Notes under the pieces: generated by a model
What the model saw: the letters and a program-made list of their open reading frames with translations, nothing else
Told to the model about the DNA's origin: nothing
Database searches by the model: none
Part shown: one piece after another, positions 1 through 12,339 of the stretch
Position numbering within the stretch: position 1 is the first letter of the stretch
How the letters are laid out: each line of letters starts with the position of its first letter
NCBI RefSeq assembly: GCF_006345805.1
Contig: NC_043000.1
Location: 42,098,001 to 42,162,000, forward strand
DNA: 64,000 bases
Reading direction: 5' to 3'
Source of the DNA: Octopus sinensis
Lineage: Eukaryota
Program-made: the position numbers and the translations under genes

Positions 1-624
1 GACACTGGTGTTTGTCTTGAGAAGGCATCTCATATCAATGTATAGTGTTAGAATACACAGAAATATATCAGTATTGGAAGAAAAGTGTCTAGCACGGGTG
101 GTAGAATTGTATTCCTGATTTTTTTGCAGCATCATCAGTAGCAATCAACCATTAGCAACTGTGTGCTAAGACAAATTTGACAACTACTGATATAGAAAAA
201 GAGTGATTAACGAATCACTGGTGTTGCAATTAGCCAGCAAGCTAAATAAAAATTCTATATTTGTTATGGAAGCAATATTAGTTCAAAATAGCAATCCATA
301 TAACATATTTAAGTCAGATATGCTGTTGATAGCCTGGAAACTTTGGTATTCATCTAGAGTAGGCATCTTCTGTAAGTGTATTGTGTTAGAAAATCACTGA
401 AATGTATCAGAAGCAGGGGACCATGTATTTCTCCAGTGTCTCAGTTTTGGCAAGGTTTCTATAGCTGGATGCCTTTCCTAATGACAGTTACTTTATAGAA
501 TGTGGCAGATGCAATTCTTGTGGAATCAGCACATGCAAAGTTGCCATGTAACTCACAAGACTACAAGGTAACTTTATGCTAGGTATGATAAAAAGAGGAC
601 TAGATTTGTTGATGTAGAGATGAT

Positions 625-1231
625 ACATGGTTACCCCACATTATATAAAAGTAATTGGGGATAGTTGGGATGGAGCTAGAAAGTGAGATAAAGATGATAG
701 TGATGAGGTGTTAGAATGTACAATAAGGTGAATAGAAGTGAGTATGGGATGAAGAAGGGTTGTTGGGTAAAGATTGTAAGAGTGTGGGGAGGTTTGAATG
801 TAGTGAAAGTTGAACAAGGATGAAGGACTGGTCCAAGGTAAATATGAGTTGAGGGAAGAAAGAAATGATGGATGCATGTCATTCAAAATAACTAAGAGGA
901 GAAGTTGTGATGACTAGCAGTTAGAAAGGGTGAACAAGAGCAAAACAATAATAATAATAATAATAATAATTTTTTTTTTTAGACATTCATTAGTACAACA
1001 CCAAAAACTCCCCCCCCCCCCCCAATATATGGCACATTAGGCATAACAACAACATGAACTTCCAACCTGTTGTCTCTTGAGGTCCTTGGGTGAGACTTGG
1101 AGCCAACTTGTACAAATATTCTATTCACCTTATTGTACATTCTAACACCTCATCACTATCATCTTTATCTCACTTTCTAGCTCCATCCCAACTATCCCCA
1201 ATTACTTTTATATAATGTGGGGTAACCATGT
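625..1231. repeat. Perfect 113-bp inverted repeat (625-737 / 1119-1231), 381-bp spacer
   Basis: The reverse complement of 1119-1231 reads identical to 625-737 by eye. Confidence 0.92.
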
Positions 1232-1239
1232 CAAACATA

Positions 1240-1316
<77 letters not shown>

Positions 1317-1407
1317 AGTGGTTAGAGGAAAAATGAGAGATAAGGGAAATGACAAGTGGAATGGATGGACAGAAGATTTCGAGAGTGTGGGGGGAAGGTG
1401 AGAGATG

Positions 1408-2325
1408 TATGAGGTAGTATAAAAAGGTTCATGGACAAGGAATGGTTCATAAAAAATATCTTATTTACCCAAGTTTAACATCATCTCCTTCGAAATAGTC
1501 ACTTTGCGCAGCAATACACCAGTTACAGTGTTTCTGCCATTTTTGGAACCTGACTTGGAAGTTGATTTCTGTAAGTGAGTCAAGGACCTTCTGCGATTCA
1601 CTCTGGATCTTGATAATGATGTTAAAACGGTAATGTTTTAACTGCATTTTCCTCTTGGGAAAGAGATGCAAGTTTGCAGGTGCTAAATCTGATGAATAGA
1701 GTGGGTGCAGAAGTGATAACAAGTTGTTTTTGGTGAGAAACACACGAATGAGGAGAACCTGGTGAGAGGGTACATTGTGGTCATGAAAACTCCAATTCTT
1801 CACAGACATTAGGATTGTCTGCATGGACCCATCCGACAGACCAACCACATCAATGATGCCATTGATTGTCCTCCGACAATCCTCATGCCCAACCAGATGA
1901 ATTTTCTCCTCACTTCCAGGGGTGACGTTCATGGCAAGTCTTCTAGATTGCTCATCATCATCCAGGAATGTTCTTCCGCTTTTGAAGCACCCATGCCACT
2001 CAAAACATTGCATACAACTCATTGTCTCATAGCTACAAGCTTGCTGAAGCATGCTCAATGACTCTGTAGCTGACTTCCTCAGTTTAATGTGAAATTTCAC
2101 ATTTGGTTTCGTTCCAAATTCCTGTCCATGACAAAAACATCACAGACGACAGCATGCATGTTATTTACAGAAACACAAATTTCACAACTTGCGAAGTAAA
2201 CTCAGTGATGTCACTTGGCACACTGCCTCATGAAGGTCACTGCTAGCTCTCACTGCACACGTAACTATGTACTGTCATCTGCCTGTGCACTACAGAACTA
2301 GTCCAGGAGCTTTTTGATACCCATT
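1408..2325 (-). mobile_element. Internally deleted mariner transposon with degenerate TIRs and a 211-codon transposase remnant ORF (1465..2100)
   Basis: N-terminal KF..KL.KSATE....LQQA...CFEWH..FKSGR and C-terminal degenerate HDNAPxH, HPxYSPDLAP and YFEGD; similar ends near 1408-1440 and 2298-2322. Confidence 0.85.
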
Positions 2326-2326
2326 T

Positions 2327-2552
2327 CTTTATTACCCAAAAGGGGCTAAACACAGAGGGGACAAACAAGGATAGACATAGGTATCAAGTCGATTACATCG
2401 ACCGCAGTGCATAACTGGTACTTAATTTATCGACCCCGAAAGGATGAAAGGCAAAGTCGACCTTGGCAGAATTTGAACTCACAACGTAAAGGCAGACGAA
2501 ATACCGCTAAGCATTTCGCCCGGCGTGCTAACGTTTCTGCCAGCTCGCCGCC
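2327..2552 (-). mobile_element. tRNA-derived SINE, family A (Meta-domain-like core), full length
   Basis: A/B-box-like TGGCAGAAACGTTAGC and GTTCAAATTC, with core GCCTTTCATCCTTTCGGGGTCGATAAATTAAGTACC; more than 15 related copies in the window. Confidence 0.8.
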
Positions 2553-2857
2553 TTTGAGCTTTTTGATACCACCTGTATGTGTGTGTGTGTATGTGTGTCT
2601 ATATGCCTTTCTTTGTGTCTGTGTTTGAACCCCACCATCACCTGACAACTGGTGTTGGTTTGTTTATATCCTTGTAACCAAGTGGTTCAGCATAAAAGAC
2701 TGATAGAATAAGCACCAGGCTTAAAAATATAAGAATTGTGGTCTATTTGTTCAACTAAAGGTGTTCGAGGTGGTGCCCTAGCATGGCCACAGTCCAACAA
2801 CTAATACAAGTAAAAAGAAAAAAAAAAGAACAAATGATAAATTGGTTTACATTCTAC

Positions 2858-2974
2858 CTGAATATTGTACTCAATTCCAAGAGAACGTAGAGCACAGACT
2901 ATCTTCAATGCATTATGGAAATATTGTTCTTTTTGAGTTGGGGTTGTGTACACTTTACCAATGTGGCTAGAGAT
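2858..2974 (-). CDS. CFAP47: CFAP47 exon (117 nt, phase 0-0): ISSHIGKVYTTPTQKEQYFHNALKIVCALRSLGIEYNIQ
   Basis: Acceptor ctttatcttcttcacag and donor CAG|gtagaa; continues the CH-like domain. Confidence 0.92.
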
Positions 2975-3230
2975 CTGTGAAGAAGATAAAGAAGAGGCTC
3001 ATTAAAAATACAACAAAATACTGATTAATAGCAGAATAGCTTTAAGATGAAAAGATTTTTGTTTTGCAATGCAAACAGTTTCTGGACACAAAATATTGCT
3101 GTATGAAATTTAAGCAGGTGTCATGAAATAAGAAGGCACTAAAAGAGAATCACTCTCCCTAGAAACAATAAAATATGCTTCAACATACGAATTCACATAA
3201 AGAATCTTGCAAACCAAATACAAAATCAAA

Positions 3231-3270
<40 letters not shown>

Positions 3271-3609
3271 ATAAATATGTGTGTGTGAGTGTGTGTGTGC
3301 ATACATATATATATATACATATGTATGTATGTATGGGTAAATATATCTTGGCTTGGCTTTGTTGACAAAGATTATGAAGGCTGTTGTCCATATTGTTTGT
3401 CTGCATGCTCATTTGTGGTTGATAAGGCTGATGAGGGTGTAATGATGCAGCTGCAGTATTTTTTCACCTCTGACGTTTGTCATTAAGAAAGGCACTGCAA
3501 GAGATCTCAAAGGAGGAAACAGCATTGCTGATGGTATGCACCAAGCAGCACGGTCAGCTGTTAAAGAAAACCACTCACGATAATCATTGTCACAAATGCC
3601 AAGGGACTG

Positions 3610-4005
3610 CTTCAGGCAAATAAAGCATTTAGAAGACTGTATAAATGTGTATGTGGAATAATAAGCATCTTAAAATCAGCACAAAATTCAGAGTCTACAG
3701 GGCCATTGTCCTCACGATGCTCCTATATTGCTCTGAGTCCTGACCCCCTACTGCTGTCATCTCAAACTCCTTGAACGTTTCCACCAACGCTGCCTTGGTA
3801 CCATTCTCAACATCTGGAGTGACTACATTACCAACACTGAGGTCTTCAAGTGAGCAAAGGTCACCAGCCTGGAAGCCATTTTACTTGAGACATGACTAAG
3901 TTGGGCAGGGCGCATTGACAGGATGAAAGACCATCGCCTATCCAAGATCCTCATGTACGGTCAGCTTACCACTGGCCACTTCAACAGGAGGGCACCAAAA
4001 AAGTG
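3610..4005 (+). mobile_element. RTE-clade LINE ORF2 C-terminal fragment, decayed
   Basis: Translates as KFRVYRAIVL.MLLY.SE / LERFHQRCL / WAGRIDRMKDHRLSKILMYGQL. Confidence 0.8.
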
Positions 4006-4475
4006 TATGTATATATATATATATATATATATAAATATACACACACACACATACACCTGCCCATGCCCACCTACACACAAATACATATATAGATACACAC
4101 ACACATATATATATATACATATAGATGTATGTGTATGTGCATGTGTACGCACACACACACATATATATATTGACTGCTTTCTCATGTACAAGCAAAGCAA
4201 TTGCTAGACAGAATCATTGAAATGAGTCATTGAATATGCAATGTGAGGCCCTTATATGACTCTTGAGTCCTGCCAAAGACTTTCTCCTTTTGCTGCATAA
4301 AACATAGTTATGCTGGCTGGCAGAAAGTACAGGTGCCACAGAATGAAGTCTTTTGACATGTCTTTTTAGTTCTCTAACTGAACGGCACTACGTTCCACAG
4401 ATTGCACACATATATATAAGCACATACATATATATACACAAGCATATACATATATCAATATATATGTTCTTATAA

Positions 4476-4690
4476 GTTGGTGAGATGGCAGAAACGTTAG
4501 CACACCGGGCAAAATGCTTAGCGGTATTTCGTCTGTCTTTGTGTTGTGTTCAAATTCTGCCGAGGTCAACTTTGCCTTTCATCCTTTCAGGGTCGATATA
4601 TTAAGTACCAGTTGCGTACTGGCATCGATCTAATTGACCAGCCCCCTCCCCCAAAATTTCGGGCCCTGTGCCTAGATTAGAAAAGCATAT
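4476..4690 (+). mobile_element. SINE family A copy
   Basis: Same head and core as 2327-2552, in the opposite orientation. Confidence 0.8.
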
Positions 4691-5169
4691 ATATGTTCTT
4701 ATGAATGTCTGTGTGAATTTATATAAACATATGCATGAATAGATGTGTGTATGTACATTTTATGTCTACGCCAAAAATAGAATTATTACATTGAACATAA
4801 TGAACAAAAATAGCTTGTAATATTCCATTCTACATCAGTTGCCTATCCTCACACCTAACTGACTTTGCCTTTTATCTCTGATGACAGGCATAAAAAAAGA
4901 ACCAGATAAAACAGAGGAGTTGATTAACTTGATTAAAAACCCAGCATTACTGATGAGTTAATTATTTTTCTTTTATGTCATGAAGAACTATAGAATACAG
5001 GGTATGATGGGTAAATTGTCATTTTTTAAAAATTCCCTGCATGCATATTGTTTGTTTTTGATTTTGTTGACTACACAGTATAGCAGGGTCAGTTGGGTAC
5101 TGTCTATAAGAAAACAGCACCATGATGCAATTCACTCTGCCAGAAATTTGGAAACAACATGCTGTACTG

Positions 5170-5475
5170 CTTGGCACTCACAATGGAAGCTCCAATATGA
5201 ACAGATGGTGAACACACATAACAACCATTGCCTTGCTGTCTCCCCCCAAAAAATCAAACATCCAGTCAACAACATGGTGTTTGGAGTGATCATTAGTGAT
5301 GGAGACATTATGCCTCCATTCATCTTCCCACATGGCCTCAGACTCAACATGGAGGTAGTGCTGCACTGAGTCGAAAAGATGGCTGCTGGAAGACCCTATG
5401 TCTGACAACAGGACTCTGCACCATGCCACACAAGCAGGAGAACCCAGTCATAGCTGTCAGACAATTTCTGCAACC
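5170..5475 (+). mobile_element. Tc1/mariner-superfamily transposase fragment
   Basis: MVFGVIISDGDIMPPFIFPHGLRLN followed by GRPYV.QQDSAPCHTSRRTQ..LSDNF; a C-terminal piece of similar type lies at 48800-48985. Confidence 0.75.
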
Positions 5476-6193
5476 ATTACAAGACAATGTTAGCTCTGGT
5501 AGGGTTAGAACTCACTTCAAAATATGGTGTCAGGTGACTGCCTGAATAATTTATTTTGATTAACATTTTTCTCTCCGGTTATTTATTCCTTATTGTAGGT
5601 ATGTTTTGCTTGAGTTTTGGGTGAGAGTTGTCCTAGGCCCACATTAGAGGGATTGTTGTTGCTGTTGTTGAGATAAATGTGGCTGTTACCTTAATCAAAT
5701 CGTTTACTTGTTAGAAGCTCTTTAATTTTGACTAACAACTACCATGGTCTTTGAAGATTGGTGAAAGATTTAGCTTGAATTTCATAAAATATAAGAGAAA
5801 CAGCAAAAAATAAAATAAAATAAAATAAAATATTACGGAGATGTACTTGCATAGCAAGTGACCTGATCTGAGATCATGTGCTGAAACAAAAACAATTGCA
5901 GTGTGGAAGGTGTTTATAAGTCATTTAAAAACACATAAAAACTGTTAGATTCACTTCAGCATTTGAATTTAATTTGCCAAAATATTTTCGTTGCTTTGAG
6001 ACCGCGACCTGTTCACTGACAAAATTTCGTGCTGCACCGGAATTTTGTCAGTGAACAGATCGCGGTCTCAAAGCGACAAAAATATTTCAATAAATTAAAT
6101 TTAAATGTTGAAGTGAATCTAACGGTTTTTGTGTGTTTTTAAATGGCTTATAAACATCTTGATTACTGCGACTGTTAAAATAAAATACTTTAC

Positions 6194-6291
6194 CATAAAA
6201 GGCAAGTAGGTTCCAATCAGACACGCTAAGACTAGACCATCTTTCAAATCTAAGTCAAAGTTCACAATCCAACGGGCTGCAGGTACAGCAG
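6194..6291 (-). CDS. CFAP47: CFAP47 exon (98 nt, phase 1-0): AVPAARWIVNFDLDLKDGLVLACLIGTYLPFM (calponin-homology-like)
   Basis: Acceptor tttctttttctatttttgtag and donor ATG|gtaaag; CH-domain-type motif NF..DL.DG.VL. Confidence 0.93.
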
Positions 6292-6734
6292 CTACAAAAA
6301 TAGAAAAAGAAATATATACATACATATGCATACACACACACCCACATCAGCATAGACAACAAATGTTAAATGATGACAATGATGATGACTGTGATATATT
6401 ATAGGGTAAAGGGAAAAGACTCTCTTCAGTCATGATTGACCGTGGGATTGCACCTAGACAGTTCCCCTTCAAGGCACAAGTATGGGCAAATTTGTTTATA
6501 GAAGACCAGCTGTGGCAATAAACATTACTTCTCAGTATAGTTACTACGTTCATCACTTACAGAGATTTTCTAACTAGCTACTTTGCTTGTTGTAAAATAT
6601 TTACTTTTTGAAGGATACCAGCGAGAGCAATAGTAATTTCAGACATAAAACAATTAAATTAAATGAGATTTATCTTTTTATCTTTTAGAACCTTTGCACC
6701 ACTCTGAGTATGTATATGACTAAAATGATTTGAC

Positions 6735-9362
6735 TGGTGGTTCTCAAATGGGGTCTGTATGGGCCTTGGGGATCTATATAAGATTTTGTTGCTAAAATTT
6801 ATGTGCAATAAACTGGTTATACTTCAACACACAAAATATTTTGACAAATATTTTTATACAATTCCTAAAAATATTTAATTATAAAAATACTAGCAGGGAT
6901 ACCCGACATAGCTCAGGATTAAAATAGCATAGTTTGTATACAATATATTACAATTATGTTGAAACAAGTGATATGGGAAAGTGCAGCATTGACAACAAAA
7001 TATTTGTGAAGTAAATGATGGGCTAATTTGACTTAGCAACATGCTATGCATCCGTTTGGAGTATTTCAGGCCCTAACCTGTGGGGATTATGAAAATTTTG
7101 AATGCACCGAAAAGCTGTCAGTGGATATACTCTCTTTTGCAGCAGTCGGTGCTGTGTCTAACATGACCCATCATCTGAAATGTTGACACCTCCTTTGGGT
7201 TTGTTGCCCTACATCACTCATAAAGTAAATTTGGAGGAGCTGTGGTTGTTCATTTGTGGGTAGCAGGGAACCAATGAGATGATAGACTTGCCCTTGAAGT
7301 TTGACGTTGGCATAAATTCATGTTTATCTATCTTCTTAGATGCAACAAACGATGACATTTGCAGAGTTGTATTGTCTGATATTGTTCAGAAAATCCTTCG
7401 CTGGATGGAAATGCCTTCTAGAAGATCCATAAGAGGTTGAGAAGGAGCTGGTAGTGCTGGCAATGTTACCTGACCACCTGAGCAGCACATACCATTTGTT
7501 TCATTTGAAAATTTTAAAGCTCTACAGAAAAGATAATTTGTGTTTAGCACACCAATTTGGACAGAGTTATTATTTTTATAAGAATGGGATGGATCATATC
7601 TGAAAACAGCTTCAAGAGTTGTAAAGAGCAAATTAGTCCATAGTCTGTTTCTGAGAGTTATTCTATTGGACCTCTGTCTAATCATTAAAACATTGATTTA
7701 ATGATCCAACATTATGTGGTGCAACATGCATTTGCTGATCTTGAGAAAATCTCATCTAGCTTCTCTCTTCAGATTCTCACCTTTAGTTTTCTACAATCCC
7801 CCTTGCATTATACTAGTTTCTAGAGAGATGACATCTTTTCTTTGGTGGCATATTTTTTTTCAATATTGTGAAAAAAAAAATGAACATAGAAAGAAATTAT
7901 ACATTTAATCCCTATTTTTGTAAGCAGTTGTATGCGTAAAAATTTATTTGAAGAGAGCAGAAACTGAAAGAAGAGAAAGTGAAAAGAACAGAGAAAGAAA
8001 CTGAAAGATGTATGTATGTCTATATGAAATGGATATGTGTGTGTGTGTGAGTGCACGCGTGCATGGGCATGTGTGAGAGAGAGAACGAGGGTGAGAAAGC
8101 AAGATAGAGTGAGTGAGTGAAGGTGTGTGTCGTGATGATTGATGTCTTTTAAGGTACACACACATAGAAAATGTGACGTCATCGTATAAAATGTTTACGA
8201 TAGTTGATTTATGGAAAAGATTATAATGTTAAATTTTTGAAATGCAAATATGTGAATGAAAATTAAGTTTAATTTGTAGCCGAAATAGTACTGAATCTTT
8301 TGATACCCCATACATCAAAATATATAACTCGGTTTTGGAATGCATAAGGAATATATATAGAATAAATTTCTTTCAAACTGAAAGTATTATCTCACATTAC
8401 AATAGAGACATAATACTGAAATAGTGTAAGAGATAAGAGATTGCTCTGGGCTTGCATTAGACAAGAAGTTAGAAATTTTTTGGGCCCATGACACTGCATG
8501 CTTTAAGTATTTATTCTTTGATTTTATGTATATATGTATGTATGAGCCACTGAGGAAGATCTCTATATGGTAGCTAGACCTGGTAGAAATATCAGCCAAA
8601 TCTCCCTCAAAACATCCTACTGTTTTAATCTGACAATTCTACCTATTATGTAGTTTGAATGAGAAACTGTAACTAAAGATTAAGATTATTAACTCAAAAA
8701 TTCTACATGTTTTAATAGCAATCAATTTTTTCTCTTTTTTGCTTAATTAAAATGGTTGCTTTTTCCTCATAGTTTTTCATGTCAGCTGTAAAGGTGAAGA
8801 GAGTTAACTTAGATGGTATTAAGTAGTGGAAATGTTTCATGATTGTATGTGGTGGTTACTTTTGTCTGTTTCTTCTCAATAAGGATAATTGATTGATAAT
8901 GAATCTTAATACAATATATATACAACTTTAAGTGGAATCAGACATCATAAGAAAGACAGAGAGAAGAAAGAAGAGAGACAGCATAGTGACAGTTTTGGCT
9001 GACTGTCATCCTGTACTCCCCTTGTTGCTAGCAAAATGGTATGTGCCAGCTGTCTGAGCAAACTTGTTGCTTTTAATGGCAGAACAAACAGGACAAAAAG
9101 ATTACCAAAATAGTGATTCTCATTTTGAAACTAACAATTTTGAAAATCTTTTTAGATTACGGAATGCCCTATTCTCTCATGTATCCATGTTTAAAATTTC
9201 AGCGTGATTGGATGAACAATACAAGCGCACAAACAGACAGACATAATGGGGTTTATATATTAAGATAAAAAAAGTTTTCAAACATCAAATGGCTATGATG
9301 GTCCATCCAAGTAAAACTGGAATCAATGGGGTTCATAAGTAAAAATTGGTTGAGAACCACTG
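6735..9362. mobile_element. hAT-type MITE split by the Helitron (halves 6735-6889 and 9266-9362)
   Basis: Terminal inverted repeats GTGGTTCTCAA / TTGAGAACCACTG. Confidence 0.75.
6890..9265 (-). mobile_element. Helitron (2376 bp) with RepHel N-terminal remnants
   Basis: The minus strand begins TC at 9265 and ends CTAG at 6890, between A and T. ORF 7386..7685 has YDP..Y....V.IG...C.ALKF..E..GMCC..G.V.LP, and 7200-7330 encodes QGQVYHLIGSLLP...PQLLQIYF. Confidence 0.88.
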
Positions 9363-9567
9363 AACTTATTTTCTTTTCACCTTAACCCTATTCCCCAGAG
9401 GGGATGGATTATGTTGACCTGCCTCTCCCCAACACCAATGTTTGATTGGAATTTGGTATAAACTTGGAATTTCAAATGATGGTAGGCCAAAGCAAGTACC
9501 TTTAGTTTTTGTATTGAATTAGCTACCATGACATCACAGATCCTGCTGACATCAGCATTTAAAAATA

Positions 9568-10200
9568 ATAATAATAATGAAATTATTGTATACAGTGCTC
9601 AGGTGCACCACAACTTGTCAAAAGTACATATAAAGCATATGCAGTAATGTACAAATGTCTGGAAAGTGAACAGTGTATGAGTCAGATACATGCTTGCATG
9701 TGTATAGAGGGGAGAAAATCAGGTGTAGTGTTGGCAAATCTCAGGAAGCATGGAAGTTTTGAAGGATGCAGTGCTCCAACAACTAACAACTGATGCCGGC
9801 AGTTTGTTCCATGCTTCAGTAATTCTCAGCGTGAAAAAATGTTTCCGAAAGTCATGGTAGCTGTGCTGTTTTCTGACTTTGTAAACATGTCCACGGGTGT
9901 CAGACAGATGGAGTTTGAAAAGGTGCTCAGAGTTATTGTTTGTAAGATGGTTAATAATTTTATGGGTGTCTACCAAGTCAGCTGCCAGACGTCAGAGTTT
10001 CAATGTATCCATGCCCAGAGAAGTAAGGCGTTCAGAATATGGCAAATGCCTCTTGGAGAGTATTCTCTTGGTTGCACATCGCTGAACGACTTCTAGACGA
10101 TTAATATCCTGGGCAAGATAGGGGTGCCAGACCGGTGATGCAAATTCCAGGTGAGGTCGCACCATAGCTATATAAAGCCGCAGATAGAATACCTTCTGAA
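9568..10200 (-). mobile_element. CR1-clade LINE 3' end
   Basis: VRPHLEFASPVWHPYL...RGHVYKVRK....RKHFFTLRITEAWNKLP, ending in an (AAT/ATT)n tail. Confidence 0.9.
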
Positions 10201-10933
10201 AATACCAAAACTTGACAGAATTTTATACCTTGTTTATGTGAGTTCTTGAACTGGCCTAAGAATGTTGCATGACACTTGAAAAATGTATTATGAGGTTATT
10301 TACAATATTTACAGTCTAACGTATATGACACCTGTCATAAAAATACAGTTTTTGCAGGAATTGAGGTGCTTTGACAAAAGTGGTAAATGAAATGGAATAT
10401 GATGACAGACTGTTAAAATTTTAAGAATGCATGCATAAACATAGCAAAACTCCCAAAACGTATTAAAACTGAAACTCTCAGTATCACAGGTTTTGCTGCT
10501 TTACAAAAATAAAGCAAAAAAAGAAACACTGATGGATTGTAGTAGTCATATTGACTCCTATCTCTGTGGGTAATAGTGGAGGCACATGGCTTAGTGGTTA
10601 AGGTGTTGGACTCATGATTCTAAAATTATGGTTTCGATTTCTGGAACAGGCAAGGCACAGTATTTCTGAACAAAACACTTAATTTCACATTGGTTATCCA
10701 CTCAGCTAATGAAAATGAGTAATCCTGCAGCAGATTGGCATCCCGTCCAAGGAGGAATATATACACCAGAGAAACTAAGAAACCAACCCTATGCACCTTA
10801 TGGAGGAATGTAGACTAACGTAACCTGTGGGGGATAGGATTTAATTTCAATATCCTTCACTTCATCTTTTTCTACAATGTTAAAACAGGAGATGAAACCC
10901 ATCCACACATGTGAACAAAATTGGTTTACTCAC

Positions 10934-11129
10934 TGTCAGAATGTTCATTCCATACAATTCGACGGTTTTGTTCATAACAACGGTTCATCCAAGCAAGCAA
11001 AATTCTTTCCCCTTCTGTGTAAACATTACTACACAGAGGATTCTTGTTCAGAGTTGGCATCTTCACTTCTCTGTCATCAATGATGAAGCTTTTGAATATT
11101 CTTGGAGTAATTTTGGACACTACAAAACA
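10934..11129 (-). CDS. CFAP47: CFAP47 exon (196 nt, phase 0-1): CFVVSKITPR...SNVYTEGERILLAWMNRCYEQNRRIVWNEHSD
   Basis: Overlaps ORF 10926..11120; acceptor tttctccattttctag and donor GACA|gtgagt. Confidence 0.9.
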
Positions 11130-12339
11130 CTAGAAAATGGAGAAAGGAAGAATTTATGGCAAATTCATGCTGCGACATCCATGTGAGCATGCATGTATGT
11201 GTGAGACAGGGAGGGAGAGAGAGAGAGAGAAAGTTCATGTATGTATGTGTGTCTGTGTGAGAGATGGGGTTCGAGAAAGAGAAGGAGTGACAGAAAATGA
11301 AAGAGAGAGGGAAATAACAAATCAGTGAATGAAAGAGAACAAGAATAAGAGAAAGAGAAATAATGTGTCAGTGTTTAAGTTTACTCTCACTAGGGCCATT
11401 TTGCGAGATGCTACAGAGAATTAACCATTTACAGATCAAAGACAACTGATGTGACTACCCCGAAGACAACAGAATAATTTTCTCCAAAACCAAAGAGGAA
11501 AATTAATTGTGCTATTATTTAGAATTCTGCGAGACAAAAAAAAAAAAAACCTGCATTTCAATAAACAGAGCACATGTATAGACATATGATTAATGAATAT
11601 GCTTCCAAACCAAATGGCTTTGGGTAAAGTCCCACTGCATGGTACCATAGGCAAATGCCATCTACACTAGACCTGAGTAGACCAAAGCCTTGAGGGTGAA
11701 TTTGGAAGATAGAAACTGATGTGTGCATGCATGTATATCTATATGTATTCATGTTCTTTATGTTCTTTTCTGGTTTTTATTACTGAAATTCTTCCTTTGG
11801 AGATGCAAAGTTCCATCTCTGGAATGTTGATAACGAAAACAACATCACATTTTAAAGTGGAGAAAAGTTTTACATAGTTTTACTGTTCCACTTACAGATG
11901 TATTTGTAATATGAGAATCAGTTGGTTGGTTTCTTTTTCTGAAAATCCAAGCTCATCCAGACTGACAGTTAGGCATGCATGCATGAGCGCATGCACACAC
12001 GAGCGCATGCTTGCATGTATGTAAGTATATATCATCATCATCATCATCTAATGTTCACTTTTTCATGCTTGCATGGGCTGGATGCAGTTTATTGAGGAGT
12101 ATCTTCAATAGCTGGATCCCTTCCTGTCACCAAACCTATTTCAGTGTGTATTTATCTCCACTACTACCCTGCCCCCACCACCATTTGACAACTGGTGTTG
12201 GTTTGTTTACATTCCTATAATCTAGTAGTTTGGCATAAGAGGCCAAGAAAATAAGTACCAGATGTAAAAGATAAGTACTAGGATCAATTTGTCAAGGGGA
12301 GAGAGAGAGAGGGGGAGCAATTGAATATTAGAGGCATTA

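Noticed and set aside
1-420. Next CFAP47 exon expected downstream of 2858
   Set aside because: No frame matched the expected continuation and candidate frames contain stops; the next exon probably lies outside the window.
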